Virus record (IMG/VR): IMGVR_UViG_3300025646_005470
Source of the DNA: a virus
Reading direction: 5' to 3' (one strand)
Length of the DNA stretch: 64,000 bases
The position numbers and the translations under genes were made by a program. The notes below the pieces were generated by a model. That model saw only the letters and a list, made by a program, of their open reading frames with translations. It was not told where the DNA came from and did not search any database. Position 1 is the first letter of the stretch. Every line of letters starts with the position of its first letter. Below, piece after piece: positions 28,153 through 38,826 of this stretch.

Positions 28153-29409
28153 CTACTGCTTTAACATTGATTTTGTTAAAGATTTTAGTGGTGTATGATT
28201 TTCCATATACTGTGAAAAGTATTGAATTTTTTCTGCTAATTCTCTATTATGAAAAGGCATGTGCCTAGTTATCCAACCTACTATATCATCTGTTTCTTCA
28301 ATTTCTGGATGATAATAATATCTATGATCTCCAACTTGATCACGTATATCTATAAAATTATCAATACACTCTGCAAAAAATTTATCATATGCATATGATT
28401 CTTGTATATTATCTAACATGTTTAAATTAATTATAAAACATTGTCTAACTAGTTCTTTCCCGTTACCTGTTTTCCAACCTGCAATAGGAGTCATCATATT
28501 TAGATTATCAACATAATCAATTATAGAATTATCTTTCCAAACATATCCGCCAAACACAACTAAAACTTTTTCAAACCCTTGTTTTTTTAAACCTTTTAAA
28601 AATTTTAAATCTCCTTTAAAAGGTTGATTTGTTACTGCAATATTTTCAAATCCATGATCTAACATATTAAGAATTGTCATAGACATCATCCAATCAGTTT
28701 GTTTAATAAGAACATGCATATCTTTATTCCAAACTGCATAACAAACTTTGTTATTAGGATTATAATTGTAAACTGTTTTAGTTTTTGCATAGTCTAAATT
28801 TACTGTTAATCTAATTACTAGAGAATTTCTTTCTACTCCTAGTGTAGGCTTATGCCAAGAATTGTTGTTTGACATCATAACATACCCTTGATTAGGTAAA
28901 AACTTTTTTCTATAAATTTCATTATCAAAATTATCTACAAACTGTGTTCCATATTGTTCTAAACTATTATCTGTTGGAAGATAAATTTGAAGTGTAATTG
29001 TTGACAAACTGTCTTTTTGATCAGTATGAGCTTTGTCAATTTGATGCTCATATTCAGTATGAAAACTTATATTTGATGTTGTATTGCTAATCACTTGATC
29101 AATATTTTCAAAATTAAATTTTTTAAGCAATAACCTTTTAAAGTCCTCTCCTTCTATGTGTTTCCATAGATCTTTATAAAAGTCATCAATTTTCTCAAGT
29201 TCATCAAAAGTTATTATTGACGGTTCAACTCCATCAATTGGAAAATCTGAATGTATATATAATTTTTTAAATTTTACAACATCATAAGAAATTTTTTCAT
29301 AATGCTCATTAATAAAGAAACTAGATAAATCAAATGCAGTTACATGATCTTTAACTTCATTAATAACTTTTGCTTTTTTTATTTTTTTGTTTATATAATC
29401 AAACATCAT
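28153..29409 (-). CDS. 2OG-Fe(II) oxygenase-like domain fused to an unknown C-terminal domain
   Basis: AHTD...ITLQIYLP...YGT...SWH (HxD...H triad). Confidence 0.6.
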   Translation of the reverse strand: MMFDYINKKIKKAKVINEVKDHVTAFDLSSFFINEHYEKISYDVVKFKKLYIHSDFPIDGVEPSIITFDELEKIDDFYKDLWKHIEGEDFKRLLLKKFNFENIDQVISNTTSNISFHTEYEHQIDKAHTDQKDSLSTITLQIYLPTDNSLEQYGTQFVDNFDNEIYRKKFLPNQGYVMMSNNNSWHKPTLGVERNSLVIRLTVNLDYAKTKTVYNYNPNNKVCYAVWNKDMHVLIKQTDWMMSMTILNMLDHGFENIAVTNQPFKGDLKFLKGLKKQGFEKVLVVFGGYVWKDNSIIDYVDNLNMMTPIAGWKTGNGKELVRQCFIINLNMLDNIQESYAYDKFFAECIDNFIDIRDQVGDHRYYYHPEIEETDDIVGWITRHMPFHNRELAEKIQYFSQYMENHTPLKSLTKSMLKQ

Positions 29410-29422
29410 GCATCTATTTATT

Positions 29423-29497
29423 TGGTATCTCCTAGGGGAATCGAACCCCTGTTTACGCCGTGAAAGGGCGTTGTCCTAACCGCTAGACGAAGGAGAC
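29423..29497 (-). tRNA. tRNA-Glu(TTC)
   Basis: 75 nt GTCTCCT...AGGAGATACCA, loop CTTTCAC. Confidence 0.93.
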
Positions 29498-29502
29498 ACA
29501 TG

Positions 29503-29724
29503 TTATTTCTTGCTGTATTTCAATTCTATTTTAGCCTGCTCATAAGCATACTGAATTGACCCAAAAAATAAAACTATTCCTATGACAATTAATATTCCGT
29601 ATCCTGGATTATCCAATGCAGATCCAATAAACTTTCCACCTTGAAAAATTAACCAACCAAATCCAATTGACGATAATATGTACATTATTGCTTTTAGTAA
29701 ATGTTTAAAAAAATATTTAGACAT
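29503..29724 (-). CDS. small membrane protein
   Basis: Two TM helices; GAGAGG SD. Confidence 0.6.
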   Translation of the reverse strand: MSKYFFKHLLKAIMYILSSIGFGWLIFQGGKFIGSALDNPGYGILIVIGIVLFFGSIQYAYEQAKIELKYSKK

Positions 29725-29778
29725 AATAATAACCTCTCTTGTTATAATGTTAATAGTAGTTTATATAATAGCATGATA

Positions 29779-31002
29779 CTAGATATTGTCAAGAGCCTCT
29801 TTTAATAATGGTACAACATTTTCTAAAGATTGATTGCGTGATTTATCTACTTCTGCTGTATATTCAATAAATTTGCTTGTATGTTTAGTCCAATCTTCTG
29901 CCATCATATAATCAATTAATCCTTTTACCTTTGGTTTATTAACCCAAGGTTCTAAACGTTTAACAGCAATTTGCTTTAAATTATCTGGCAATACTCTTAC
30001 ATTTAAATAATCTGGATGATTGAGTATATTTAGATATGGAAAATATCCAAATTTTTCTGTATATTCAAAAAGTTTATTTAGATCAAGTATATTGTAGATC
30101 TGTACCGTAGTATGAACTTGCACTCGCATTTTGCCTTGCTTTTCCATTTCATAAAATGCTGACAAATTTTTATTAACTGACTTCCAATTTGTTGGATATC
30201 TAATATATCTGTTTAATTCATCATATGCATCAATAGAAGCATTTATTTTTATTTTTTTAAAATGTTTCCAATACTCAACCATTTTAGGTGGTATATTGGT
30301 TAAGTTAGTATTGTACTTTAAAGTAATGTCTTTGGCTTTGTCTAATTCAATACAACGATCAAACAATTTGTATTGTTCAAGTGCAAGTGTTGGTTCTCCA
30401 CCTGTTAGATATATTTCTTCTACTGTATCAATTACTGTCATCAAGTGTTTCCATAATTTTGGATTTTGTGGCCAATCCATGTTAGACAATCTGTCTTTTT
30501 CTTCTTGCTCAATATCTTTACCATCGTAAGAAGTAAGATTATTCCATTCTTCTATCCATTGATTACTAGACCAAGGATTACACATTCTACACTTTAAATT
30601 ACATAAATTGCCCAAACGCAAATCCACATACACTGCTTTAAGTGGTGCTGTTCCATCTTCAGATGTAGACGCTATTGCTTCATTTATATGATTAGCATAT
30701 TGATCATTGTAACTTAATCTAGCAGATTTTATACCACTTGCTTCTTCTCTCCAACAACGCACACATACTTTTGGTTTTTCGCCAGTTAGCATTTGCTTTC
30801 GCAAATTTTTATAGTCTGGAGCATTCCATACTACATCTGGTGAGGATCGATGTATTTTATATTCTTTGTTGTTTTCATCTCTAATAGTATTTTTACCAGG
30901 GGTAGAATTACAACAAAATCTATAATTACCTGTAGATGTTGTAGCAATATGTATCCAAGGTAATATGCAAAATGTATCAGACTGTTTCATAAGTTTCCTC
31001 AA
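29779..31002 (-). CDS. radical SAM enzyme (twitch/SPASM-like)
   Basis: FCILPWIH, FCC, CVRC, CNLKCRMC, LTGGEP, YNTN, SIDA. Confidence 0.92.
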   Translation of the reverse strand: MRKLMKQSDTFCILPWIHIATTSTGNYRFCCNSTPGKNTIRDENNKEYKIHRSSPDVVWNAPDYKNLRKQMLTGEKPKVCVRCWREEASGIKSARLSYNDQYANHINEAIASTSEDGTAPLKAVYVDLRLGNLCNLKCRMCNPWSSNQWIEEWNNLTSYDGKDIEQEEKDRLSNMDWPQNPKLWKHLMTVIDTVEEIYLTGGEPTLALEQYKLFDRCIELDKAKDITLKYNTNLTNIPPKMVEYWKHFKKIKINASIDAYDELNRYIRYPTNWKSVNKNLSAFYEMEKQGKMRVQVHTTVQIYNILDLNKLFEYTEKFGYFPYLNILNHPDYLNVRVLPDNLKQIAVKRLEPWVNKPKVKGLIDYMMAEDWTKHTSKFIEYTAEVDKSRNQSLENVVPLLKEALDNI

Positions 31003-32275
31003 ATAATTCTTTTAATTCAGGTACAACACTTTTAATATCTGTATTTCTTATAGTATCTAAATCTTTTGTAAATTGTACAAATTCTTTTAAATGTTTTTTA
31101 TTATATGTATTTAGAACTTGTAAATTTTTCATTATACTACCAAATCCTACATCACCTTGACTAAATATTCCTTCGTTTGGGTCTCTATCTTGAGGCCAAT
31201 AATCTCCTTGTGGAACATCTGCATTTCTCAATAATTCATATGCTTTTAGTTTTAGATTATTAGGTAGTATTTGAAAATTTAAATACGCAGGAGTAACAAC
31301 AACATTTTTAAAATATATTTCGTTAGTTGGTTTTCTTATTTTTAAATACCATTTCCATATATCTGCTAAATTAAAAATATTATAAGTTTGAACTGTGACT
31401 GTGTATATAATTACTGTGTTTGGTAATTTATTAAATTCATTAATATTATTTTCTAACTGATCAATTGTAAAACTTTCGCCGCCTCTAATATACTGATATA
31501 AATTTCCTGTACCTTCTAAACTTATATGCAGTTTTACTAATTTAAAATTTTTAGCAATGTTTACTAATCTTTTATTCATAAATGTTCCGTTAGTATTGAT
31601 ATCAAGCATAATATTTTTTGCTATATCCCATTCTATAAACTGTTCCATTAGTTGATAATTTTGTTCTTCCATTAGTGGTTCACCGCCTGTTAATTTTAAA
31701 AACTGTAGATCTTTAAAATATTCTTTCTTTTCTAAAACATTTTTTATAACATCAAAATCAACTTTAGAATATTTTCCAGTTGATCGTTTAGGCATCCAAC
31801 TTGGTGAAATTTGTTGTAATTGTGTTTCATCTTTTATCCATGTACTAGAAACTTGCCCACTACACATTCTACATTTTAGATTACATTTATTTGATGAATT
31901 AATTTCTAAATACCAAATATTTGGTTGTTCATTTGTATTATAAGTAGCAGTTTTTAAAAGTTCAGCTGGTAAATTTCTATAAAAATACTGTCTTCTTGAA
32001 TTTCCTACTGTACTTTCTTTTTTTACACATTTTAAACATATTTCGCTATGTGGTAATCCTTGTTCCCAAGATTTGCGAAGTTCAACAGCAACAGGAGAAT
32101 TCCATAAATCAGTTAGTGTGCTTTTATAAACACTTCCATAAGGCTTTGATGCTACAGCATCAGCATACACATTACCGTTCCAATCAATTGTAAGACTATG
32201 CCATGGCGCTATACACTTTTTATCAATTGTTTTGTGCCAATCCCAATCTCTTTTTTTCCACTCTTGATTATCCAT
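30977..32275 (-). CDS. radical SAM enzyme (twitch/SPASM-like)
   Basis: CIAPW, CLKC, CNLKCRMC, LTGGEPLM, INTNGT, SLEG. Confidence 0.92.
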   Translation of the reverse strand: MDNQEWKKRDWDWHKTIDKKCIAPWHSLTIDWNGNVYADAVASKPYGSVYKSTLTDLWNSPVAVELRKSWEQGLPHSEICLKCVKKESTVGNSRRQYFYRNLPAELLKTATYNTNEQPNIWYLEINSSNKCNLKCRMCSGQVSSTWIKDETQLQQISPSWMPKRSTGKYSKVDFDVIKNVLEKKEYFKDLQFLKLTGGEPLMEEQNYQLMEQFIEWDIAKNIMLDINTNGTFMNKRLVNIAKNFKLVKLHISLEGTGNLYQYIRGGESFTIDQLENNINEFNKLPNTVIIYTVTVQTYNIFNLADIWKWYLKIRKPTNEIYFKNVVVTPAYLNFQILPNNLKLKAYELLRNADVPQGDYWPQDRDPNEGIFSQGDVGFGSIMKNLQVLNTYNKKHLKEFVQFTKDLDTIRNTDIKSVVPELKELFEETYETV

Positions 32276-33360
32276 TAAAAATAGTTTTCTTGTTTGCCTT
32301 TACGTCTTACATCTGATGTTAAGCAATGTACACCACCGTCCCAAAAATATTGATGTCTGAATTTCCAATATATAGGTGTAACACCATGTTTTTCTAATTG
32401 TGCAAATACTTCTTTATCTGCACCTGTACAAATAACCTTGTCTTCTGATATACTTAGAACATTTACATCAAACACTGTTTCATCTACATATCCAATCCAA
32501 TGCGATAACCAACGTTCAATATAGTCTTTGTAGAATCTTTGTTTACGTGTGTTTTTAAAATCTTCAGGAAACTTTGTACCTTTGCCACCAACAACAATAC
32601 AATCCCATGATTTAAGTTTTTTTGGCAACCAATCTTTTTTCCATGTCATTAGTAGTCCTGGTTTAAGCAGTGCAATCTTGCCATCAACATGCCCGCCCAC
32701 AGGAACTTCATTGAATGTAAATTCAGGTAATTGTTGCTTGTACCACTCTAACCCCTGTTCTGTGCCTTTGCCTTTTTCTGGATCTTTTTGATTTGACTGT
32801 GAATGAAATATATCTTTACCACATTTAATTAAATTAGCAGAATGAAACAGTACTTCTCCGTTGCGATAATAGTCTTCATAGGTTTTTCGATTTAACTGTG
32901 GCTGTGGCATAGATATCCATTCTGCACCATGCATGTAATATTCTTTTAGTATGTCTCTTGAACATAGTGTTTCTAAGTATCTTGATGTGTCTTTTGTATA
33001 TGCTTCTATGATTTTATTACCAAAGAAGCCAATTAAATCTCTTGGTTGTAGAGGTTGATTAATATACTCTATTTCAAACTCACCCACTGTGTATTTCTGT
33101 AAAGGATTGTGTAGAGGTTTTGGTCTTTGTACAACAATATTTTCTTTTTTAAGAATATCAACCAGCACTTCTAAATCTTCTGCTGTTTCTGTTAGTACTC
33201 TTTTTAATAAATCTTTTGCTTCTTGATTAAATCTATCACTTGAATCAAAAGTGTTTGGATCGTAAGGTGTGCCAACAACAACTTCTTCCAAAGGTTGGAA
33301 TTCTGTGTATGAACTTACCAACGGTTTATTGCCAAAAAATTTACTATAATCATTTACCAT
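32275..33360 (-). CDS. amidinotransferase (glycine/inosamine-phosphate amidinotransferase family)
   Basis: LEEVVVG, PRD, GHVDG, FDVNVLSI, WDGGVHCLTSDVRR (catalytic His/Asp/Cys). Confidence 0.9.
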   Translation of the reverse strand: MVNDYSKFFGNKPLVSSYTEFQPLEEVVVGTPYDPNTFDSSDRFNQEAKDLLKRVLTETAEDLEVLVDILKKENIVVQRPKPLHNPLQKYTVGEFEIEYINQPLQPRDLIGFFGNKIIEAYTKDTSRYLETLCSRDILKEYYMHGAEWISMPQPQLNRKTYEDYYRNGEVLFHSANLIKCGKDIFHSQSNQKDPEKGKGTEQGLEWYKQQLPEFTFNEVPVGGHVDGKIALLKPGLLMTWKKDWLPKKLKSWDCIVVGGKGTKFPEDFKNTRKQRFYKDYIERWLSHWIGYVDETVFDVNVLSISEDKVICTGADKEVFAQLEKHGVTPIYWKFRHQYFWDGGVHCLTSDVRRKGKQENYF

Positions 33361-33950
33361 TATTTTTCAAACTCTTTACTATCGTAATTACTGTCGCGAT
33401 ATCTTCTTTTAACAATAGCATCGTAGTATTTTTTATCCCAATTTTCATAGTACTTTGTATGTTTGTGTAGCCATTTAGATTTTTTGTTTAAATCATCTAG
33501 TGTTTGAATTAAAATAATTGCTAGACCTTGATTTCCAGAATCTAATCCAACTACAGGTCCTTGTTCAGCACCAGTTGATTTTTGTTTTTCTTCTGACATG
33601 TATGATGAAAAAATATATAAATTTTTTTCTACTGCTTTACTTTGATTTTGATCTTCCCACTGTTCTAACTGTTCTAGTGTATAGTTTTTTGGATCTCCAA
33701 TACACACCACAAGTTTTTTATCTGTTGGGTAATTTTTTATTACTTTATCTGCTTTGTCAAACATATCTTGCTTGACCCAATGAACTGCTATTTCATTTTT
33801 GGCAAACCCAGCACCAGCAAATGGACAAATAGGCATCCCGTTTAATTCTTTGCGAGTTTTAGTAACATGATCTTTCATATCATGCCACTTGCGTTCTAAA
33901 TTAGATTGTTCCGCCATCTGCAAGTTCTCTTTCAAGTTTTTCATCAACAC
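33360..33950 (-). CDS. conserved-looking hypothetical protein (DUF1415-like CPFA motif)
   Basis: PICPFA; YYENW; true start may be MAEQS. Confidence 0.55.
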   Translation of the reverse strand: MLMKNLKENLQMAEQSNLERKWHDMKDHVTKTRKELNGMPICPFAGAGFAKNEIAVHWVKQDMFDKADKVIKNYPTDKKLVVCIGDPKNYTLEQLEQWEDQNQSKAVEKNLYIFSSYMSEEKQKSTGAEQGPVVGLDSGNQGLAIILIQTLDDLNKKSKWLHKHTKYYENWDKKYYDAIVKRRYRDSNYDSKEFEK

Positions 33951-35370
33951 TTTCAGTTGCTTGTGCTTTTACTAGGTTATCTTTTGACTCATCAAGTAAT
34001 TCAGCCATTTCAGGAAATGTTTCAGCAAAGTTAGTGTTTCGTTGTTTGTCAAATTTTGTTATGTACTCTCTAAACTGAGGCATACGCTGTGACCAATCTT
34101 CACTCATCATAAATTTCACCATGCCTTGTAATCTTTTAATACCGTAATCTGCTTTCATAAATTCTTCTTTAGATGGTGCTCCTGATATCTGCCAATTTTG
34201 TTCTAACCAAGGATAAAAGTTTTCATACTTTTGTTTGACTTGATCTTTAAACCATTGCGGTAATATTTTTACATTTAAATGCCCAGGCCAATACACAAAA
34301 TGATAGTTGATCATACCTGCACCAAATGGCCATATGTTTATCTTTTTGAAATTTTGTTCTAGTTTCCATTTGATAAAATCTGGTATATAATAAATGTTTA
34401 GTGCCTGCACTGCACAGGCCACAGTGACTTCAACTTTATCTTCTGTGTTGTCCAACAAATGAAACTGTTTAACTGTGTGATCCCATTTTGAAGGAAAACG
34501 TATATAGTCATTCATTTCTCCTATTGAGTCTACACTATAATGAAATCTTACTCTTTTAAAATGACTCCATAAATCAAATAATCTTTGTGGCATTTCTAAA
34601 CCATTTGAATTATAACGTAACTCAATCTTTGGAGCATATCCACGTTTGATAACTTCTTCTAACAGTGTATAGTGTTCTTCGATGATAGTTGATTCACCAC
34701 CTGCAAAGTATAATTGATACATGTGTGGAATTTGTTCATATAGTTGATCCCAAAACTTTGGATTATCTTTGTGCCAATTGTAGTTTGCACCATGCATTTT
34801 ACCTTTGTTATCCCAACCCATGGTTTGTTTTAGATCTAGATTTTCAATAGTAGGATATACATCTAACCAATCTTTTACCCACAGTGAACTATCATGTGGT
34901 GAACACATGATACATTTTAGATTACATTTAGATCCCATACGCAGATCTAAGTATCTAATTTTAGGTGGAATAGATCCGTCTTCTGCTGTTTCACCTATGA
35001 TTTCATCAATGTCATATCTGTTTAACCAGTAGTCTGTTTCCCATTGTCGTTTACTTAAATGTCCTGCTGATTCTTCTTTATAACATTTTAAACAACTTGC
35101 TGGCATTTCTCCATTTAGCATCTGCTTACGAACATTTTTCATATAGTCATTGTTCCAAGCAGTCATTAGATCTGAATTGTTTAGATTTGCTGGTACACCT
35201 TCTGCTGTTTTAAGCACACCAACTTGCCCACCATGTTTTTTATCATTAGTAGCACCTACTGAACTTGCATTAGCAGTACAACATACTCGCATGTTACCGT
35301 CTGGTCTCGTTGAAAGATGCATCCACGGTAATGCACAAAAAGTCTTAGATGGTAGTTTTTTATTGTTCAT
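33901..35370 (-). CDS. radical SAM enzyme (twitch/SPASM-like)
   Basis: FCALPWMH, VCC, CLKC, CNLKCIMC, FAGGE, YNSNG, SVDS. Confidence 0.92.
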   Translation of the reverse strand: MNNKKLPSKTFCALPWMHLSTRPDGNMRVCCTANASSVGATNDKKHGGQVGVLKTAEGVPANLNNSDLMTAWNNDYMKNVRKQMLNGEMPASCLKCYKEESAGHLSKRQWETDYWLNRYDIDEIIGETAEDGSIPPKIRYLDLRMGSKCNLKCIMCSPHDSSLWVKDWLDVYPTIENLDLKQTMGWDNKGKMHGANYNWHKDNPKFWDQLYEQIPHMYQLYFAGGESTIIEEHYTLLEEVIKRGYAPKIELRYNSNGLEMPQRLFDLWSHFKRVRFHYSVDSIGEMNDYIRFPSKWDHTVKQFHLLDNTEDKVEVTVACAVQALNIYYIPDFIKWKLEQNFKKINIWPFGAGMINYHFVYWPGHLNVKILPQWFKDQVKQKYENFYPWLEQNWQISGAPSKEEFMKADYGIKRLQGMVKFMMSEDWSQRMPQFREYITKFDKQRNTNFAETFPEMAELLDESKDNLVKAQATESVDEKLERELADGGTI

Positions 35371-35372
35371 TT

Positions 35373-36470
35373 TTATATATTTACCTTTTCAAATTGACTG
35401 CCAAAAGGATCAAATTCTGTTCCACATTTTACAGCACACACTTTTAGTTTACCATCTGCACCTGTACAAGATGTTTTTGACCAACTGTCCATTATGTTTT
35501 TAAAGAAGTCACCTTGCATGACTTTTTCAAATCCATGATTTAAAACTGATAAAGAATCTAATCCGCCTACGCCTTCAATAAATCTCCATATTTGATTTTG
35601 TCCTGGTTTTTCCCACCATTTGTATATTTGTCCTGCTGTCCAACAACAAGGAAATAAATGACCAGATGCACTAACATAAATGTTGTTATCTTTTAACACT
35701 TTACAATTTATTTTTGCTTGGTCATAATAGTTGTTCATAGAACCATATTTTTCTACCAGTGTTGATTCTTTTTTAAGTGCAGGATTTAGATATTTTTCAT
35801 CTGGCTTTGTGAGTTTTTGTGTTTGTTCACCTTTGCGATTTACACCTTGATGTTCATCTTTGCCTTTAGCTTTTGTATTACTAAAAAATCTACCTGTTTT
35901 TTTACTCATAAATTTTTCAAAACCCATGCGTTTAGACAGTGCTTCTGCTTGTTCTACTTGATGTTCATTGTGACCAAATATCAAATAATCCCATCTTGCC
36001 CTACCACCAGCATCTATAAATGCTTGTGCAGAATCCATGCATATATCCCAATTAACATTTTGTCTATACAAATGATTTGTATCTTTTAATCCATCTAAAC
36101 TAAAAATCACATGACCTTTTTGTCCAATTGTTTTTGCGAGTTCACGCCACCATTCTGGTTTTTTAGCACCAGCATTTGTGTTCATACTCAACCATATGTT
36201 TGGATTTTCACTGCGTAGATACTGCATAACTTCTAGTGATTCTTTTGCAATCACAGGATCACCTAGGTTACCACACATAAACAAACTGTTGAGTTGTTTT
36301 ACAAACTCTGGTTGGAATATACGTTTACAGTCTTCTAAAGATAATTCGTTTAATTCTATATTAGGATTTATTTCGCCACCGTTGATATTTCTATCACATT
36401 GTAAACAAGCGGCTTGACACTTGGCTGTGATTTCTAAATGAACTGTTTTAATATCATGGTATGCGTACAT
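35373..36470 (-). CDS. radical SAM enzyme with C-terminal SPASM/twitch
   Basis: CQAACLQC, CGNLGDP, NTNAG, FSLDGL; FPCCW...CAVKCG. Confidence 0.92.
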   Translation of the reverse strand: MYAYHDIKTVHLEITAKCQAACLQCDRNINGGEINPNIELNELSLEDCKRIFQPEFVKQLNSLFMCGNLGDPVIAKESLEVMQYLRSENPNIWLSMNTNAGAKKPEWWRELAKTIGQKGHVIFSLDGLKDTNHLYRQNVNWDICMDSAQAFIDAGGRARWDYLIFGHNEHQVEQAEALSKRMGFEKFMSKKTGRFFSNTKAKGKDEHQGVNRKGEQTQKLTKPDEKYLNPALKKESTLVEKYGSMNNYYDQAKINCKVLKDNNIYVSASGHLFPCCWTAGQIYKWWEKPGQNQIWRFIEGVGGLDSLSVLNHGFEKVMQGDFFKNIMDSWSKTSCTGADGKLKVCAVKCGTEFDPFGSQFEKVNI

Positions 36471-36471
36471 T

Positions 36472-37359
36472 TTACTTTATTCCTATTAACATATACCTTG
36501 TATATTTTCCAAGTATTAAACTGCCTCCATAAAAGTATGTTGTCATAGGAGCAATTGTTTTAAAATGATCTACATCATCAACACAATTAATATGTTCTGG
36601 CAATGCTTTATAATCGTTTGATTGTAGAATACATAATTTACCTTTTGGAATACTAGCCCACCATTTATCCCAATTTTCTATATGTTCGCAACTTGTATTG
36701 ATAATTGTGTTTGGTTTATCAAATAATTCTCGCTCTGTACCGTTTGATCTTAGTGTTGTGTATGCATATTCATTGAAATTAATTTTGTGTATGTCTTGTG
36801 TTGTTGCTTTAAATTTCCAATCATCCATTACCCACGGCTTGTTAAATGTTTCAGCAATACGCCAACAATTTTCGTCAATGTCAAAACTTCTTATTTTATC
36901 TAAGTGTATTTTACTAGACTCAAACAACATAGTTGCTAGTGTACCATACCAACCTGCACATAAAAATACTGTACCTAAATGAAGACTTGTTTTTTCAAGT
37001 TCAGATACCAACCATTTTTTACTGTGCAATTGACCTCTACTGAAACAATCATTATCAATTTTTATATCATTTACAAAAAAATTTTTAAATGCTTTTACAA
37101 ACTGTGTTTGAGCATATTGATCCAGTACTGGCCAAACTCCCCATATATGATCATCCATTATAAAACGTAATAAATTTTCTTTATTATTATTATCAATTAT
37201 ACGTACTATACTAGATACATCTTTGTCAATATATGCTCGTCTAAGATCTTTTAATTCTTCTATATTATCATACAATAATTCAAATCTATCTAATAACTCG
37301 TGCGTTTCTAGACGAGACTTGAATTTTGTTGAACTGTTGCTCAAGCCAACCAAAGTCAT
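36472..37359 (-). CDS. class I SAM-dependent methyltransferase-like protein
   Basis: FLCAGWYG (motif I-like), RSFDID, INTSCEH. Confidence 0.65.
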   Translation of the reverse strand: MTLVGLSNSSTKFKSRLETHELLDRFELLYDNIEELKDLRRAYIDKDVSSIVRIIDNNNKENLLRFIMDDHIWGVWPVLDQYAQTQFVKAFKNFFVNDIKIDNDCFSRGQLHSKKWLVSELEKTSLHLGTVFLCAGWYGTLATMLFESSKIHLDKIRSFDIDENCWRIAETFNKPWVMDDWKFKATTQDIHKINFNEYAYTTLRSNGTERELFDKPNTIINTSCEHIENWDKWWASIPKGKLCILQSNDYKALPEHINCVDDVDHFKTIAPMTTYFYGGSLILGKYTRYMLIGIK

Positions 37360-38017
37360 TTATCTTACTCAATGCCTCCATATTATTTTTATTTGTTTCG
37401 CCGTATTCTCTACCAGCAATAGCACCTGCAATAGCATACTCGCCAAAGCCTCGTTCACTGCCTACTGAACACCATATGTTTAATCTCTGTTCTGTTTCTG
37501 CATCTTTTTGTTTGTCAATCACTTTTGATGCTAGTTTTGTACATTCTCTAAATGCTGATTTAAATGTGTTGAAAGGATCTGTATTAAATGCCGTTGTGTT
37601 ACTGATAGTTGGCATTGCCTTAAATGCACCTTTTTTGCCTTCTTTGTTTGCAACTGATGTTGTAAAATCAATACGCCAATCTTTTGCATCACGTAGAGCC
37701 TGTGTTGGAAACAATTTAACACCACCATAGCCATACACTAGATCATTTATAGGATTTCTACATCTCCATACATGAACACAGTGTTCATCCCATTTGCTCG
37801 GTTTAAATGAAAAATCAAAATAATCTTCTAGATCAGCATCTGCATCTACTACATAAAAACTTTTTGTGTAGGCCAATTCAGCACAACGTTTGTGTGCTTC
37901 AAAAATTCCTTTTACTCCTTGTACTCTACGAGCATAAGGAAACTTACTCAAAAGTTTTTCCCATGTTTGATCAGCATAAGGTTCTTGATAACTCAAATGA
38001 AATATATCTAAAGCCAT
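37286..38017 (-). CDS. glycosyltransferase-like protein (GT-A)
   Basis: YVVDADA (DxD), GYGGVKLFP; ATG 6 nt after TTGATT-17-TATAAT (38024-38052). Confidence 0.65.
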   Translation of the reverse strand: MALDIFHLSYQEPYADQTWEKLLSKFPYARRVQGVKGIFEAHKRCAELAYTKSFYVVDADADLEDYFDFSFKPSKWDEHCVHVWRCRNPINDLVYGYGGVKLFPTQALRDAKDWRIDFTTSVANKEGKKGAFKAMPTISNTTAFNTDPFNTFKSAFRECTKLASKVIDKQKDAETEQRLNIWCSVGSERGFGEYAIAGAIAGREYGETNKNNMEALSKINDFGWLEQQFNKIQVSSRNARVIR

Positions 38018-38035
38018 GTCTATATTATACTTGGT

Positions 38036-38248
38036 TTACTGTTTAAAATCAAGAGGAAATGCACTAAGACTCAAAGTTTCTATATCTGGATATTTCAGTT
38101 TAATTAAAAAGTACTGTTCTTCTGTAACCAATATAATATCATTAGCAAAGAACTTAAAACTGGTTTTTTGAATGCTTGTATCATCTAATAGTTTTTGATG
38201 TTTTTTAATATCGCGATATCCAACTGATCTATAACTAACGTTTTTCAA
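38036..38248 (-). CDS. hypothetical protein
   Basis: 70 aa, overlaps clpP stop. Confidence 0.45.
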   Translation of the reverse strand: MKNVSYRSVGYRDIKKHQKLLDDTSIQKTSFKFFANDIILVTEEQYFLIKLKYPDIETLSLSAFPLDFKQ

Positions 38249-38816
38249 CTATTTTGTCAATTAAGCCAAACTCCAGTGCCTGCTCAGGTGTCATAAAGTT
38301 ATCACGTTCCATAGCATTTTCAACTGTTGCTAGATCTTTACCGCAGTGTTTTACATACAATTCGTTTAGTCTTTTCTTTGTATCTAAAATATCTTTTGCA
38401 TGTATTTCAATATCAGTTGCTTGTCCGCTAAATCCTGCACTAGGTTGGTGAATCATAATTTTTGAATGTGGCAAACTAATTCTTTTTCCTGCCGTACCTG
38501 CCATTAATAACAGTGACCCTGCACTTGCTGATAGGCCAACACTTACTGTTGAAATATCCGGTTGAACATACTGCATGGTATCATACATGGCCAAACCTGC
38601 TGTTACACTTCCACCAGGTGAATTAATATACATGTAAATATCTTTGTCTTTAGCCTCTGATTCTAAAAACAATAACTGGGCACAGACCAAACTTGATACT
38701 GTGTCATTAATTGGGCCAGTTATAAAGATAATTCTTTCTTTTAATAAACGTGAAAAAATATCATAACTTCTTTCACCTCTTGACGATTGTTCAACAACCA
38801 TTGGTACTAGATTCAT
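38235..38816 (-). CDS. clpP: ATP-dependent Clp protease proteolytic subunit
   Basis: [48 protein letters not shown]; start after AAGGAG. Confidence 0.96.
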   Translation of the reverse strand: MNLVPMVVEQSSRGERSYDIFSRLLKERIIFITGPINDTVSSLVCAQLLFLESEAKDKDIYMYINSPGGSVTAGLAMYDTMQYVQPDISTVSVGLSASAGSLLLMAGTAGKRISLPHSKIMIHQPSAGFSGQATDIEIHAKDILDTKKRLNELYVKHCGKDLATVENAMERDNFMTPEQALEFGLIDKIVEKR

Positions 38817-38826
38817 ATTCATCTCC

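Noticed and set aside
32275-33360. Amidinotransferase as archaeosine synthase linked to queD
   Set aside because: It is a pentein-family enzyme, not ArcS, QueF-like or GAT-QueC; folE, queC, queE and dpdA are not in the window.
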